A stretch of 64,000 nt of DNA from an uncultured Deferribacteres bacterium (GCA_913009825.1 CAJVYQ010000002.1:82675-146674), one strand, 5' to 3'; positions 32,701 to 41,731 are shown, counted from the stretch's first letter. The notes: generated from the letters alone by a model not told the origin. Numbers and translations are program-made.

Positions 32701-33618
32701 AGCAAGGAAGGAGAATCTCCCGAACCGCATCTTACGGAAGAGAAATTTGATGAAGAAAATGTGGGAAAGAAAACCCCGGAACAGATATTTGACGATCTTT
32801 CTGTGAATATAGATAACGCTTCGGAGAAAGAGGTTGATTTTGATGATTTTGCATCTCTGATTACAGGCGATGAAATTAAGACATCCAATGAGATTGAGGC
32901 GGATGAAAAATTTCTTAAAACAGAAAGCGCAGGACTTGTTGTGGAAAAAGATGAGGATCAAACCCTGATCGATGATCAAAGAAGAGAGCAACATTTATCT
33001 TCGCCGGCAGAAGATAAAAATGTAGAAGAAATTTTTAAAGAAATTTCCGTTGATATTGATGGAGATGAAAATGAAACGGCTCATGATTTAATAGATCAAG
33101 CCGATAATAATATTGAAGAATTCTTCGATTTTATTTCCGGCGAAGTAATTAATTTTCAGGAAGAGTTAATTGATATTTCCGGTGAACCGGATGCCGGCTC
33201 AGAAGATAAAAAGAATGCGAAAAAACGGGTCAAAAAACGGAAGATCGACGGACAGCAAAAACTGCTCATCGCCGGCGGGCATTTCTATATGCAGAAGAAG
33301 TACGACAGGGCGATTCAAATATTTCATCGTATTATTGATAAATATCCCAATAATATTGAAGCCCATTATAACTTAGGTAACAGTTATTTTAGATTGCGCC
33401 GCTTTGATGAAGCACAGTCTGCCTATGAAAAAGTGTGCGAATTAGACCCCACATTTCTGGATGCGCTGGAAAATCTGGGTGTCATTTTTGCCAATAAAAG
33501 AAAGTTTAAGGAAGCAATAAGAACGTGGAAAAAGATTCTGGAGTTTGATCCAAAGCGAGAGGACATCAAAAAAAACATTGAAAAAGCGCTAAAGATCAGT
33601 AGAAAAATAAAATCTTAG
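29800..33618 (+). CDS. Multidomain membrane signalling protein: RsbW-like HATPase, 2 TM sensor, HAMP, SpoIIE/RsbU PP2C phosphatase, HTH, acidic linker, TPR
   Basis: LAVDEASTNIIRH/DQG/GGLGIFMI kinase motifs; GGDYYD, ADVSGKG, YTDGITEA, DDIT phosphatase motifs; C-terminal TPRs. Confidence 0.9.
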   Translation: MFKKVLKEELRVAAENASLQKLRDFVTRVGKKHRFSDKLINAFKLAVDEASTNIIRHSYRDRTGEITIRAVIRKESFTISLIDQGRYFDPTNVKNPDLKRYVAIGKKGGLGIFMIRKLVDDISYSKTAEGNELRLTKNKGIERKKRFALPRVPGSMRVKYYSTSMAIVSFIVVFGYFYNYFKTDGKIVENSLDRMESISRIFAQNVIDGLQAGDFLSLSKAAKVIAQEDSSFLKAAIVTDLDNLVQGTTDPEKISPFSPFDSGQKTKSIRKNIQIVRKDISTSAGADEYFLVERPVFSPGANGKVLIGRVYLFVPIKPVYDSVSQKRIGDLQTAALILILANLGVGLLIFLILTPLQKLSNWVGKMGQEDIRDQIDIDTSNEIGKIAQAFGEITDKFRESQRSLADQERIQQEMHLAKEIQQTLLPAGFPDVQGYEIASYYESAKEVGGDYYDFVDVDRDRIGVVVADVSGKGVPGSLVMTMIRTALRTEARGVSSSAEVLAKVNNFVIGDIRKGMFVTLFYTILDSRKRRVTFASAGHNPMILYRFSTQKTYYLNPKGFPVGISVSDKDLFTQSIEDDTIQLTKGDIILCYTDGITEAMNSKRELFGEERLLEVIRKFGHLRAKHFTEKLKEELLSFTEGQVQYDDITFVVIKEKMSAEESEFERAKEIYYDMLNGKSMTEACKIHGMPGSTFSHKYRVKLEELGVEEFKKEFETTSVEAKHLSIEELTKIYDIIRKNPQWGAKRISNQLITAEYGLTEIPEKRIYEELIRKRLNTKALREAYVNRGTNKKRMKPPGTPMLTLDGEIIMDDQLGPKLHAPVLDEMEIEKPLVFEEKEVEKKPVAEKPKPVKKPPKKKSIEEKETSELILEDIIELFDKTRDSEEPAEPSATGDLSEDLKPAEIPETDGLEDVSSDVEYDRDIQKLLGNITEEPEVAEQHAGAEIDFSDLSASEYAQDLFKDKTNGDSKEGESPEPHLTEEKFDEENVGKKTPEQIFDDLSVNIDNASEKEVDFDDFASLITGDEIKTSNEIEADEKFLKTESAGLVVEKDEDQTLIDDQRREQHLSSPAEDKNVEEIFKEISVDIDGDENETAHDLIDQADNNIEEFFDFISGEVINFQEELIDISGEPDAGSEDKKNAKKRVKKRKIDGQQKLLIAGGHFYMQKKYDRAIQIFHRIIDKYPNNIEAHYNLGNSYFRLRRFDEAQSAYEKVCELDPTFLDALENLGVIFANKRKFKEAIRTWKKILEFDPKREDIKKNIEKALKISRKIKS

Positions 33619-33651
33619 GGAAAAAGATTCGCTAAGTCGATCAAATTCAGG

Positions 33652-33680
33652 TTGATTTTTTGAGAAATAAAAACTATATT
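33652..33680 (+). promoter_or_regulatory. Putative sigma70-type promoter for the STAS gene
   Basis: TTGATT-N17-TATATT, followed by AAGGAGG before ATG 33715. Confidence 0.5.
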
Positions 33681-33714
33681 AGCGAAAAATTATTTAAGGA
33701 TTAAGGAGGGAGTT

Positions 33715-34410
33715 ATGGAAGGAATCCAGGTTTCTATTTCGGCTGTTGGACCCAATAACGATGTTTCTGTAATCAAAGTCGGTGGTTATATCGATACCAC
33801 TACCTCCGCGGAAGTTGAACGGGCTCTGGATTCAATTTTAAAGGAGAAGAAGTACAACATCATCATCGATCTGAGTAATGTTGATTACATCAGCAGTGCC
33901 GGTTGGGGTATTTTCATCAGTGAAATAAAAGGAATCAGGGAAAAGAGCGGCGATTTAAAACTTGTCAACATGATTCCCGATGTTTATGAAGTGTTTGAAC
34001 TTTTGGAGTTTCATTATATTTTAAAAGCATTCGACACCTCAGAAGAAGCGCTGAACGATTTTAAACATAATTCTTTCAAATTATCCGGAAGCTCTGTCCT
34101 GGACCAGGAAGATAAAACGCAAAAAGAGGATACTGCGTCTTCTGCTTCACAATCCTTGCTTAACTCAACTCAATCAACGGCGCAAGTTGCTGCAAAGTCT
34201 GCTGCCGGTTCGGTTAATGAAAAAATTAAACAGATTATTATGGAAAAACCCGATATTTCTGTTTTGGATATCAAAAAAGAACTTAATACAGAGGCGTACA
34301 ATTTTACAAAAATAGGTATCCTTGAAGTTTGGAAGCGGTTGCGAAAAACAGGTCTTTCTTCAAAGAAAAAAAGAATGAAATATTTTAAAACTCATGCATT
34401 CCAATCATAA
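33715..34410 (+). CDS. STAS-domain anti-sigma factor antagonist (RsbV/SpoIIAA-like) with C-terminal HTH-like domain
   Basis: GYIDTTT, IIDLSNVDYISSAGWG containing the phosphoacceptor Ser; S/A/Q linker; basic C-terminal domain. Confidence 0.9.
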   Translation: MEGIQVSISAVGPNNDVSVIKVGGYIDTTTSAEVERALDSILKEKKYNIIIDLSNVDYISSAGWGIFISEIKGIREKSGDLKLVNMIPDVYEVFELLEFHYILKAFDTSEEALNDFKHNSFKLSGSSVLDQEDKTQKEDTASSASQSLLNSTQSTAQVAAKSAAGSVNEKIKQIIMEKPDISVLDIKKELNTEAYNFTKIGILEVWKRLRKTGLSSKKKRMKYFKTHAFQS

Positions 34411-34613
34411 CTAATTTATTTCACTGATCTGTTTCTTTTCCGGGGGCTGTTTTCACATGCCGAGATTTATTTTAGTACAAATCAAATCTTTTTGATACAA
34501 CTATATCGATAAAAATAGATTGATTTTTCTTATTCTTTTTGTTACTATTATTTTATAGAAAATCATTTTACCCGACAGATAATTCAAAAAAATCATTGAA
34601 TTTGGAGTTCATC

Positions 34614-36022
<1,409 letters not shown>

Positions 36023-36121
36023 AATTTTACCCTGCGTCATGTAATTAAATTTATTTAATCTCCATCTAGTATCATAACGGGTTGAATTTTCGTCAAATAA
36101 CGGGGAAAATCTTTACAGCTT

Positions 36122-37231
36122 ATGACTGAACATGAAGAAAGATATCTTCATTCTCTTCTACGTCTGATCTCAGTTCAAGGGATGGGTTCATTTCGCATCC
36201 GGCGGCTAATTAGTTACTTCAAAACAGCTTCCGAGGTTTTATCTGCGGACCTGCTGTCCCTCACCGGAATTGATGGCATAGATAAAATTCTGGCGAAAAA
36301 TATTCGTGCGGGTGGGAAACCGGATTTTGCCGGTCGGCAACTGCAAGCCTGTCGAAAGCATAACATTCAGATCATTACATATTATGACGAGCGGTATCCG
36401 TCCGCATTAAAAGAAACTCCGGACCCTCCCATCCTGCTTTTTATGAAAGGGGCGTTCCAGGACAGAGACGTGATTTCAATTGGCGTTGTGGGCACCCGTA
36501 TTCCCTCTCAGTATGGAAAGCGAGTTGCGGAATTATTGAGCAAAGATTTAATCCAAAACGGATTCACTATTGTCAGCGGACTGGCCAGGGGGATTGACAC
36601 CATCGCCCATCAAACCTGTGTAAAATTGGGTGCGAGAACGATTGCCGTCATGGGAAGCGGATTGGATATCATCTACCCGACTGAAAATAAAAAACTGTCG
36701 GATTTGATTATAGAAAATGGTGCCCTGCTTAGTGAACTTCCCTGTGGCAGCCTGCCCGATGCAGTTAATTTTCCCAAACGAAATCGGATCATCAGTGGAC
36801 TTTCTCTGGGGGTTCTGATTGTAGAAGCGGGTGAAAAAAGCGGCGCACTCATCACAGCAACTTCGGCATTGAATCAAAACCGGGAAGTATTTGCTATTCC
36901 CGGCAGCATTTTTAGCACAAAAAGCAGCGGCACGAACCGGTTGATAAAGGAAGGAGCAAAATTAGTGCAATCGGTGGATGACATTTTGGAGGAATTACAG
37001 CACCGGGTTCGTTCATTCTCCTTTGAAAAGTCCGATTTCAAAGCGTTGCCCATCGACCTGTCCGATAAAGAGAAAAAATTAATGAGTATATTTTCCGATG
37101 ATCCAATCCATATCGATATGATCGCTCAAAAAACCGGGTTTTCAACTGCGGAAACGTTGTCTGTTTTATTGACATTGGAATTAAAAGATGTAATCAAACA
37201 ATTCTCAGGTAAAATGTTTGTGCGGATTTGA
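36122..37231 (+). CDS. dprA: DNA-processing protein DprA
   Basis: VVGTR, VSGLARGID, FPKRNRIISG, EAGEKSGALIT, C-terminal winged helix. Confidence 0.96.
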   Translation: MTEHEERYLHSLLRLISVQGMGSFRIRRLISYFKTASEVLSADLLSLTGIDGIDKILAKNIRAGGKPDFAGRQLQACRKHNIQIITYYDERYPSALKETPDPPILLFMKGAFQDRDVISIGVVGTRIPSQYGKRVAELLSKDLIQNGFTIVSGLARGIDTIAHQTCVKLGARTIAVMGSGLDIIYPTENKKLSDLIIENGALLSELPCGSLPDAVNFPKRNRIISGLSLGVLIVEAGEKSGALITATSALNQNREVFAIPGSIFSTKSSGTNRLIKEGAKLVQSVDDILEELQHRVRSFSFEKSDFKALPIDLSDKEKKLMSIFSDDPIHIDMIAQKTGFSTAETLSVLLTLELKDVIKQFSGKMFVRI

Positions 37232-37313
37232 CCCCGGCGGCCTTTTTCTGAATTGTTGCACAGATTAACCCGGCATCTCAAAACTATTCACCCGAGGAAA
37301 AAACATAAGAATA

Positions 37314-37456
37314 TAATTAGTGTCTGTCCGAAAATTCCCTTTTTCTGTCATTCCCGCGAAAACCGGAATCCATAACCTCTTGTATTCTTTAGATTTCTGC
37401 CTTCGCAGGAATGACGTTTTTTACTATTTTCATGGTTTTCGGACAGACTCTAATTA
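37314..37456. mobile_element. MITE-like element: 21-bp terminal inverted repeats enclosing a REP-like inverted pair
   Basis: TAATTAGTGTCTGTCCGAAAA (37314-37334) vs reverse complement of 37436-37456, 1 mismatch; inner arms 37347-37372 and 37390-37415. Confidence 0.7.
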
Positions 37457-37659
37457 ATCGAAAAATTTTTAACAATAAAAAGCAGGAAATTCTGTACTCC
37501 AATTAGTTTTTCAGGTTGAAGTTTTTACTAATTTGCGTTAAAGGGATAAAAATTTCAACTTTTATGTTGAAATTCGAGATGAATAATATTACCTTTATAT
37601 TTGCTGTTCCGATGCTTTAATGAGAGGAAAAAAGAGCGTTTACTGAGTATAACCATTTT

Positions 37660-37746
37660 GGAGAGGTGCGAGAGTGGTTGAATCGGGCGGTCTCGAAAAC
37701 CGTTGTCCCTTTTCCGGGACCGTGGGTTCGAATCCCACCCTCTCCG
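37660..37746 (+). tRNA. tRNA-Ser(CGA)
   Basis: GGAGAGG/CCTCTCC acceptor stem, GCGGT-CT-CGA-AA-ACCGT, long variable arm, GTTCGAATC. Confidence 0.95.
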
Positions 37747-37791
37747 CGCGAAATGAATGAGAAAATTTCAACACATGTTTTTTGAAATTTT

Positions 37792-37874
37792 GGAGGGCTA
37801 GTCCTAATTGGTAAGGCGGCGGTCTTGAAAATCGCTGGGTTTTCCCCTTGGGGGTTCGAGTCCCTCGCCCTCCG
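37792..37874 (+). tRNA. tRNA-Ser(TGA)
   Basis: GGAGGGC/GCCCTCC acceptor stem, GCGGT-CT-TGA-AA-ATCGC, GTTCGAGTC. Confidence 0.93.
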
Positions 37875-37876
37875 CG

Positions 37877-38113
37877 ATGTATTACGTTTATATTTTACAA
37901 AGTCAGAAAGATGGTAAACTGTATACCGGCTTTACTGGTGATTTACAGAAACGAATAAAATCTCATAATAGCGGAAAAGTTTGATCCACAAAAGGTAGGA
38001 GACCTTTCATTCTTCTATCTTATGAGGAGTATGAAGATAAAACGGAAGCCCTAAAAAGAGAGTTGTTTTTGAAAAGTGGTCCAGGGCGAAAGTTTTTGAA
38101 GGGAATTCTTTGA
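37877..38113 (+). pseudogene. GIY-YIG nuclease family protein with in-frame TGA
   Basis: MYYVYILQSQKDGKLYTGFTGDLQKRIKSHNSGKV*STKGRRPF...EALKRELFLKSGPGR; stop at 37982-37984. Confidence 0.88.
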
Positions 38114-38127
38114 TAAAGGATACAGGG

Positions 38128-38231
38128 CTTGTCAGCCGAAGGCTGATCCGCCTTGCGGAAAAATCGCTGGGTTTTCCCCTTGGAGGTTCCCTGCTTGCGC
38201 GGGCAAGGAGTCCCTCGCCCTCCGCGATGTA
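38128..38231 (+). repeat. Direct-repeat copy of the tRNA-Ser(TGA) 3' half interrupted by two palindromic insertions
   Basis: Matches 37824-37881 except one substitution, a 28-nt insert (38132-38159) and an 18-nt insert (38190-38207). Confidence 0.88.
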
Positions 38232-38242
38232 GCAACAAGTTT

Positions 38243-38329
38243 GGAGAGGTGGCCGAGCGGCTGAAGGCAGCTGCCTGCTAAGCAGTTGTAGGTGCAAGTC
38301 TACCGTGGGTTCGAATCCCACCCTCTCCG
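38243..38329 (+). tRNA. tRNA-Ser(GCT)
   Basis: GGAGAGG/CCTCTCC, GCTGC-CT-GCT-AA-GCAGT, long variable arm. Confidence 0.95.
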
Positions 38330-38356
38330 CATATTTTACTAAATCGGGTGATTACA

Positions 38357-38701
38357 ATGTATGAACTTAAAAAATTGGACGTTTGGTCCGTTGTAAAAGT
38401 TACATTTATTCTGTCTTTTTTTGTTGGTCTTGTTTTAGGTGTCTTTTATTTTTTTATTATGTTCTTTGTTTCTCAATTTACGGGTTCTTTCGGTGGCGGT
38501 GTAGAAAGAGAGGTTTTAAGACTTGGTGGAATTATCGGTTTTTTTGTAATTATCTTCATCGCCATATTTACTTCTGTTTTTTATACAATTATCACGGCTA
38601 TTTTAGCCGGGCTGTATAATTTGGTCTCCGGATGGACCGGCGGAATAAGAGTGGAATTGTCGGAGGAGAAGACGGCGGAAGGCGTAGTGCCGCATGAATG
38701 A
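38357..38701 (+). CDS. Small two-TM membrane protein, DUF3566-like
   Basis: ELKKLDVWSVVK start and LYNLVSGWTGGIRVEL end. Confidence 0.75.
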   Translation: MYELKKLDVWSVVKVTFILSFFVGLVLGVFYFFIMFFVSQFTGSFGGGVEREVLRLGGIIGFFVIIFIAIFTSVFYTIITAILAGLYNLVSGWTGGIRVELSEEKTAEGVVPHE

Positions 38702-40115
38702 TTCTATGGAGGCAAAGCAGATTCGGGTACGTTTTGCACCAAGTCCTACTGGATACCTGCATATTGGGGGTGCACGCACGGCTTTGTTCAATTGGTTGTT
38801 TGCTCGAAAAAACAAGGGTAAATTTCTATTACGAATTGAAGATACGGACCAACAGCGTTCAACGGGGGAAATGGTCGATGAGATCCTGCAAAGCTTGCAG
38901 TGGTTGGGTTTGGATTGGGATGAAGATATTTGGTTCCAATCCAGAAGAATGGATGTTTACAGGGAGAAAGCAAAGGAATTGCTTGCCGACCGCAGGGCTT
39001 ATCACTGTTTTTGTGATAAACCGGATGCGGAACCGGAGGATAGGTGGCAGTCAAAATGTACTTGTCATTTGTTGACGGTTAAGGAAAAAGAAGAATTATT
39101 AAACCAGGGAAGGCAACCGGCGATACGTTTTTGGGTGCCCGATGGTACTACTGTATTTAAAGACGTGGTTCACGGTTCTTTGGAATTTAACAACGCAGAA
39201 ATTGATAATTTTATCATTTTACGGGCGGATGGAACACCCACCTATTACTTAGCGGTGGTTGTAGATGATTATGAAATGAGAATAACCCACATTTTGCGGG
39301 GTGATGACCATTTGTCGAACACGCCCAATCAAATTTTACTTTATCATGCATTCGGTTGGGATTTACCTCAATTCGCTCATGTGCCTTTAATTCTGGGTGA
39401 AGATAAAAAGCGTCTTAGCAAACGTTTCGGTGCCACAGCGGTTTCCGAATATTTTAATTCTGGCATTCTGCCGGAATCTTTGGTAAATTACCTGGCGCTT
39501 TTGGGTTGGTATCCCGGTGAAGATCAGGAGATCATGACGCAAGATGAATTGATCGAACTATTTTCATTTGGTGGCATTTCCAGAAAAAGCGCCGTATTCG
39601 ATCAGGCTAAACTGGAATGGGTGAATGGCGAACATATAAAGAACCATTCTTCGGAGGAATTGCTAAAATTTGTCACCGACTATCTTCTCAATGCAAATTT
39701 AATCCGGGAAGAAGAGCTTGAGGAAAAGCACGATTACCTGATTAAAGTTCTTGATCTCTTCAAAATGCGCATGAGAATGGTTGGTGATTTGGCAAAATAT
39801 GGCCGGTATTTTTTTATCGATCCGGAAAGATATGATAAAAATGCATTGAAAAGATACTGGGAAAAAAACACAAAAGATTATCTCACTCAATTTAGGGATA
39901 GGTACGAAAAGTTAGTAAATCACAATGCCGGGGAAATAGAAAAAACACTGAGGGTATTGGCCGGAGAGCTGAGCGTGGCTGCGGCAAAAATTATTCATCC
40001 GGTGCGAATCGTTTTAACCGGATTTGCAGTGAGTCCCGGTTTGTTTGAAATGATGGAAGTGTTGGGAAAAAATGTTTGTTTGCAACGAATAAATAGAGGA
40101 ATAGAAACTATCTGA
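38694..40115 (+). CDS. gltX: Glutamate--tRNA ligase
   Basis: RFAPSPTGYLHIGG, LRIEDTD, LRGDDH, RLSKR. Confidence 0.96.
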   Translation: MNDSMEAKQIRVRFAPSPTGYLHIGGARTALFNWLFARKNKGKFLLRIEDTDQQRSTGEMVDEILQSLQWLGLDWDEDIWFQSRRMDVYREKAKELLADRRAYHCFCDKPDAEPEDRWQSKCTCHLLTVKEKEELLNQGRQPAIRFWVPDGTTVFKDVVHGSLEFNNAEIDNFIILRADGTPTYYLAVVVDDYEMRITHILRGDDHLSNTPNQILLYHAFGWDLPQFAHVPLILGEDKKRLSKRFGATAVSEYFNSGILPESLVNYLALLGWYPGEDQEIMTQDELIELFSFGGISRKSAVFDQAKLEWVNGEHIKNHSSEELLKFVTDYLLNANLIREEELEEKHDYLIKVLDLFKMRMRMVGDLAKYGRYFFIDPERYDKNALKRYWEKNTKDYLTQFRDRYEKLVNHNAGEIEKTLRVLAGELSVAAAKIIHPVRIVLTGFAVSPGLFEMMEVLGKNVCLQRINRGIETI

Positions 40116-40124
40116 TTTTAACTC

Positions 40125-40195
40125 TGGGGAGTCGTCTAATGGCAGGACGGTGGTCTCTGGATCCACTGGTCGGGGTTCGAATCCCTGCTCCCCAG
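40125..40195 (+). tRNA. tRNA-Gln(CTG)
   Basis: TGGGGAG/CTCCCCA acceptor stem, CT-CTG-GA loop, GTTCGAATC. Confidence 0.92.
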
Positions 40196-40209
40196 CAAGA
40201 TAAACAGAC

Positions 40210-40283
40210 GCGCCCGTGGCTCAATTGGATAGAGCATCTGACTTCGGATCAGAGGGTTGGGGGTTCGAATCCTCCCGGGCGCG
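40210..40283 (+). tRNA. tRNA-Arg(TCG)
   Basis: GCGCCCG/CGGGCGC, TCTGA-CT-TCG-GA-TCAGA. Confidence 0.95.
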
Positions 40284-40305
40284 CTTAAGAAAAACAAGAG
40301 TTTAG

Positions 40306-40488
40306 AGGCACACGTTCGCTTCTCATTTGCTGCAAAAAGGTGTTTCGCTTTATATCGTCTCAAAGTTATTAGACCACAGTGATATTAAGACCACAGAAAT
40401 TTACGCTCATTTAGCCCCTCAGACTTTTAATGATGTGGTTAGATTATTGAATGATGGGGAGATGAAGTTGGGGGTGAGTAAGACATAA
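40306..40488 (+). pseudogene. Tyrosine recombinase/integrase C-terminal remnant
   Basis: [36 protein letters not shown]; preceded by in-frame TAG, N-terminal part missing. Confidence 0.88.
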
Positions 40489-40510
40489 AGTAACACGTTT
40501 GAATTTTTTC

Positions 40511-40539
40511 TTGACATATAATTTTTTTCAGATTATTTT
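40511..40539 (+). promoter_or_regulatory. Putative sigma70-type promoter for the islet operon
   Basis: TTGACA-N17-TATTTT about 50 bp upstream of 40590. Confidence 0.5.
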
Positions 40540-40589
40540 AAATTATTCAGGCAACAACTAATAAAACGAATTTTAATTGATGGTTTATC

Positions 40590-41309
40590 TTGCGAAAAAA
40601 ACTTTATTCTGATACAGAAGTTTACCCTAACTCTCCCTTAATTGAAGTTGTATGTGAGTGTAGATTTTCAGGTGATTTAAGTATAGAATGTAATAGGGAT
40701 ACGTACTTTAAGAAAATAAGAAAAGATTATCCTAATATATTAATACCACAGTTAAAAACCGGTTCAGCTTCTGCTTTAGTCCCATATCGGTTTGAAAATA
40801 AGGAGAAAAATTCTGGAATCATGCTATCTATTGATAGATTTTCCTATTATACCAGAAAATATGAAGGACACCAAAAATTTATTAAGGAGTTTTTAAGATT
40901 ATATAATCTATTAATACAAACATTTGATATAAAAATCTTCAACAGGCTGGGATGGAGATATATAAATATTATTCCATATAGCCGGGAAGACGATTTATTG
41001 CCGGTGAATGAATTTTTTAATCTGGAAATGAACATTGCACAAAATAAAAACATCAATTTTGAAAATCTAAGTTTAGTATTTATATCTAAAATTGATGTTG
41101 GAAACATAACGACTAAAGTAGAGTCAATAATAAAAGAAAATGGTGAACAAGAAGCGTTTTTATTGGACATTGATTTTGCTTATACAAAAAATTTAAAATC
41201 TGAAAGTATAGAGAATCTTATAAAAAAAGCACACAAACAGGCAAGAGATTTTTTTGAGAATTCCATAATAGAAAAATATAGACAGTTTCTTAGAGGAGAA
41301 TCTTTATGA
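40590..41309 (+). CDS. TIGR04255-like family protein
   Basis: YPNSPLIEVVCECRF, RLGWRYINII, FLLDID, AH..A..FF signature pattern. Confidence 0.75.
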   Translation: MRKKLYSDTEVYPNSPLIEVVCECRFSGDLSIECNRDTYFKKIRKDYPNILIPQLKTGSASALVPYRFENKEKNSGIMLSIDRFSYYTRKYEGHQKFIKEFLRLYNLLIQTFDIKIFNRLGWRYINIIPYSREDDLLPVNEFFNLEMNIAQNKNINFENLSLVFISKIDVGNITTKVESIIKENGEQEAFLLDIDFAYTKNLKSESIENLIKKAHKQARDFFENSIIEKYRQFLRGESL

Positions 41310-41728
41310 ACGACACCATCGTTCAGGAAACCTATAATATCGTTGAAGAACTAAAAAGTTATCCACCACCATTTAAGATGAACAGATATAATTCTGTAAG
41401 TACAACTTCAGATTTTATTCCTGCTAATTACATGAAGGTAAAAAACATCTTTACTTTACCCAAGTGGGTTTTTAAAAGTTTAGATGTTTGTATAAAATCA
41501 AGAGTACCAATTGAAATTGTTCTAAAACGAGAAACAGAACTATTTACTGCCGAAAATGAAAATTTAAACATTTATGCTTTGGGGACAACCGCCCAGGAAG
41601 CAATTGACGAATTTAATAAGCATATAATCTTTCTGTTTCATCATTATAAAAACGCTGAGAGAGAAAAACTAACCGGCAGAGCAATTGAATTAAAAAATAT
41701 TTTTGAAGAAAAATTCTTTGAAGTGTAA
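41306..41728 (+). CDS. Hypothetical protein with C-terminal HicB-like antitoxin fold
   Basis: IEIVLKRETELFTAENENLNIYALGTTAQEAIDEF; ATGA overlap with upstream gene. Confidence 0.6.
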   Translation: MNDTIVQETYNIVEELKSYPPPFKMNRYNSVSTTSDFIPANYMKVKNIFTLPKWVFKSLDVCIKSRVPIEIVLKRETELFTAENENLNIYALGTTAQEAIDEFNKHIIFLFHHYKNAEREKLTGRAIELKNIFEEKFFEV

Positions 41729-41731
41729 TAG

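Noticed and set aside
37982..37984. In-frame TGA in the GIY-YIG gene as selenocysteine or recoded stop
   Set aside because: TGA ends many genes in this window, the position is not a Cys-type catalytic site, and a single CGA>TGA change explains it
38007..38321. Minus-strand ORFs over the tRNA clusters (also 40136-40363, 48569-48805, 49372-49793)
   Set aside because: They are translations of tRNA or SRP sequence
40371..40402. Short direct repeat AGACCACAG x2 as a CRISPR or iteron
   Set aside because: Only two 9-bp copies, inside the integrase remnant coding sequence; no array or cas genes anywhere in the window
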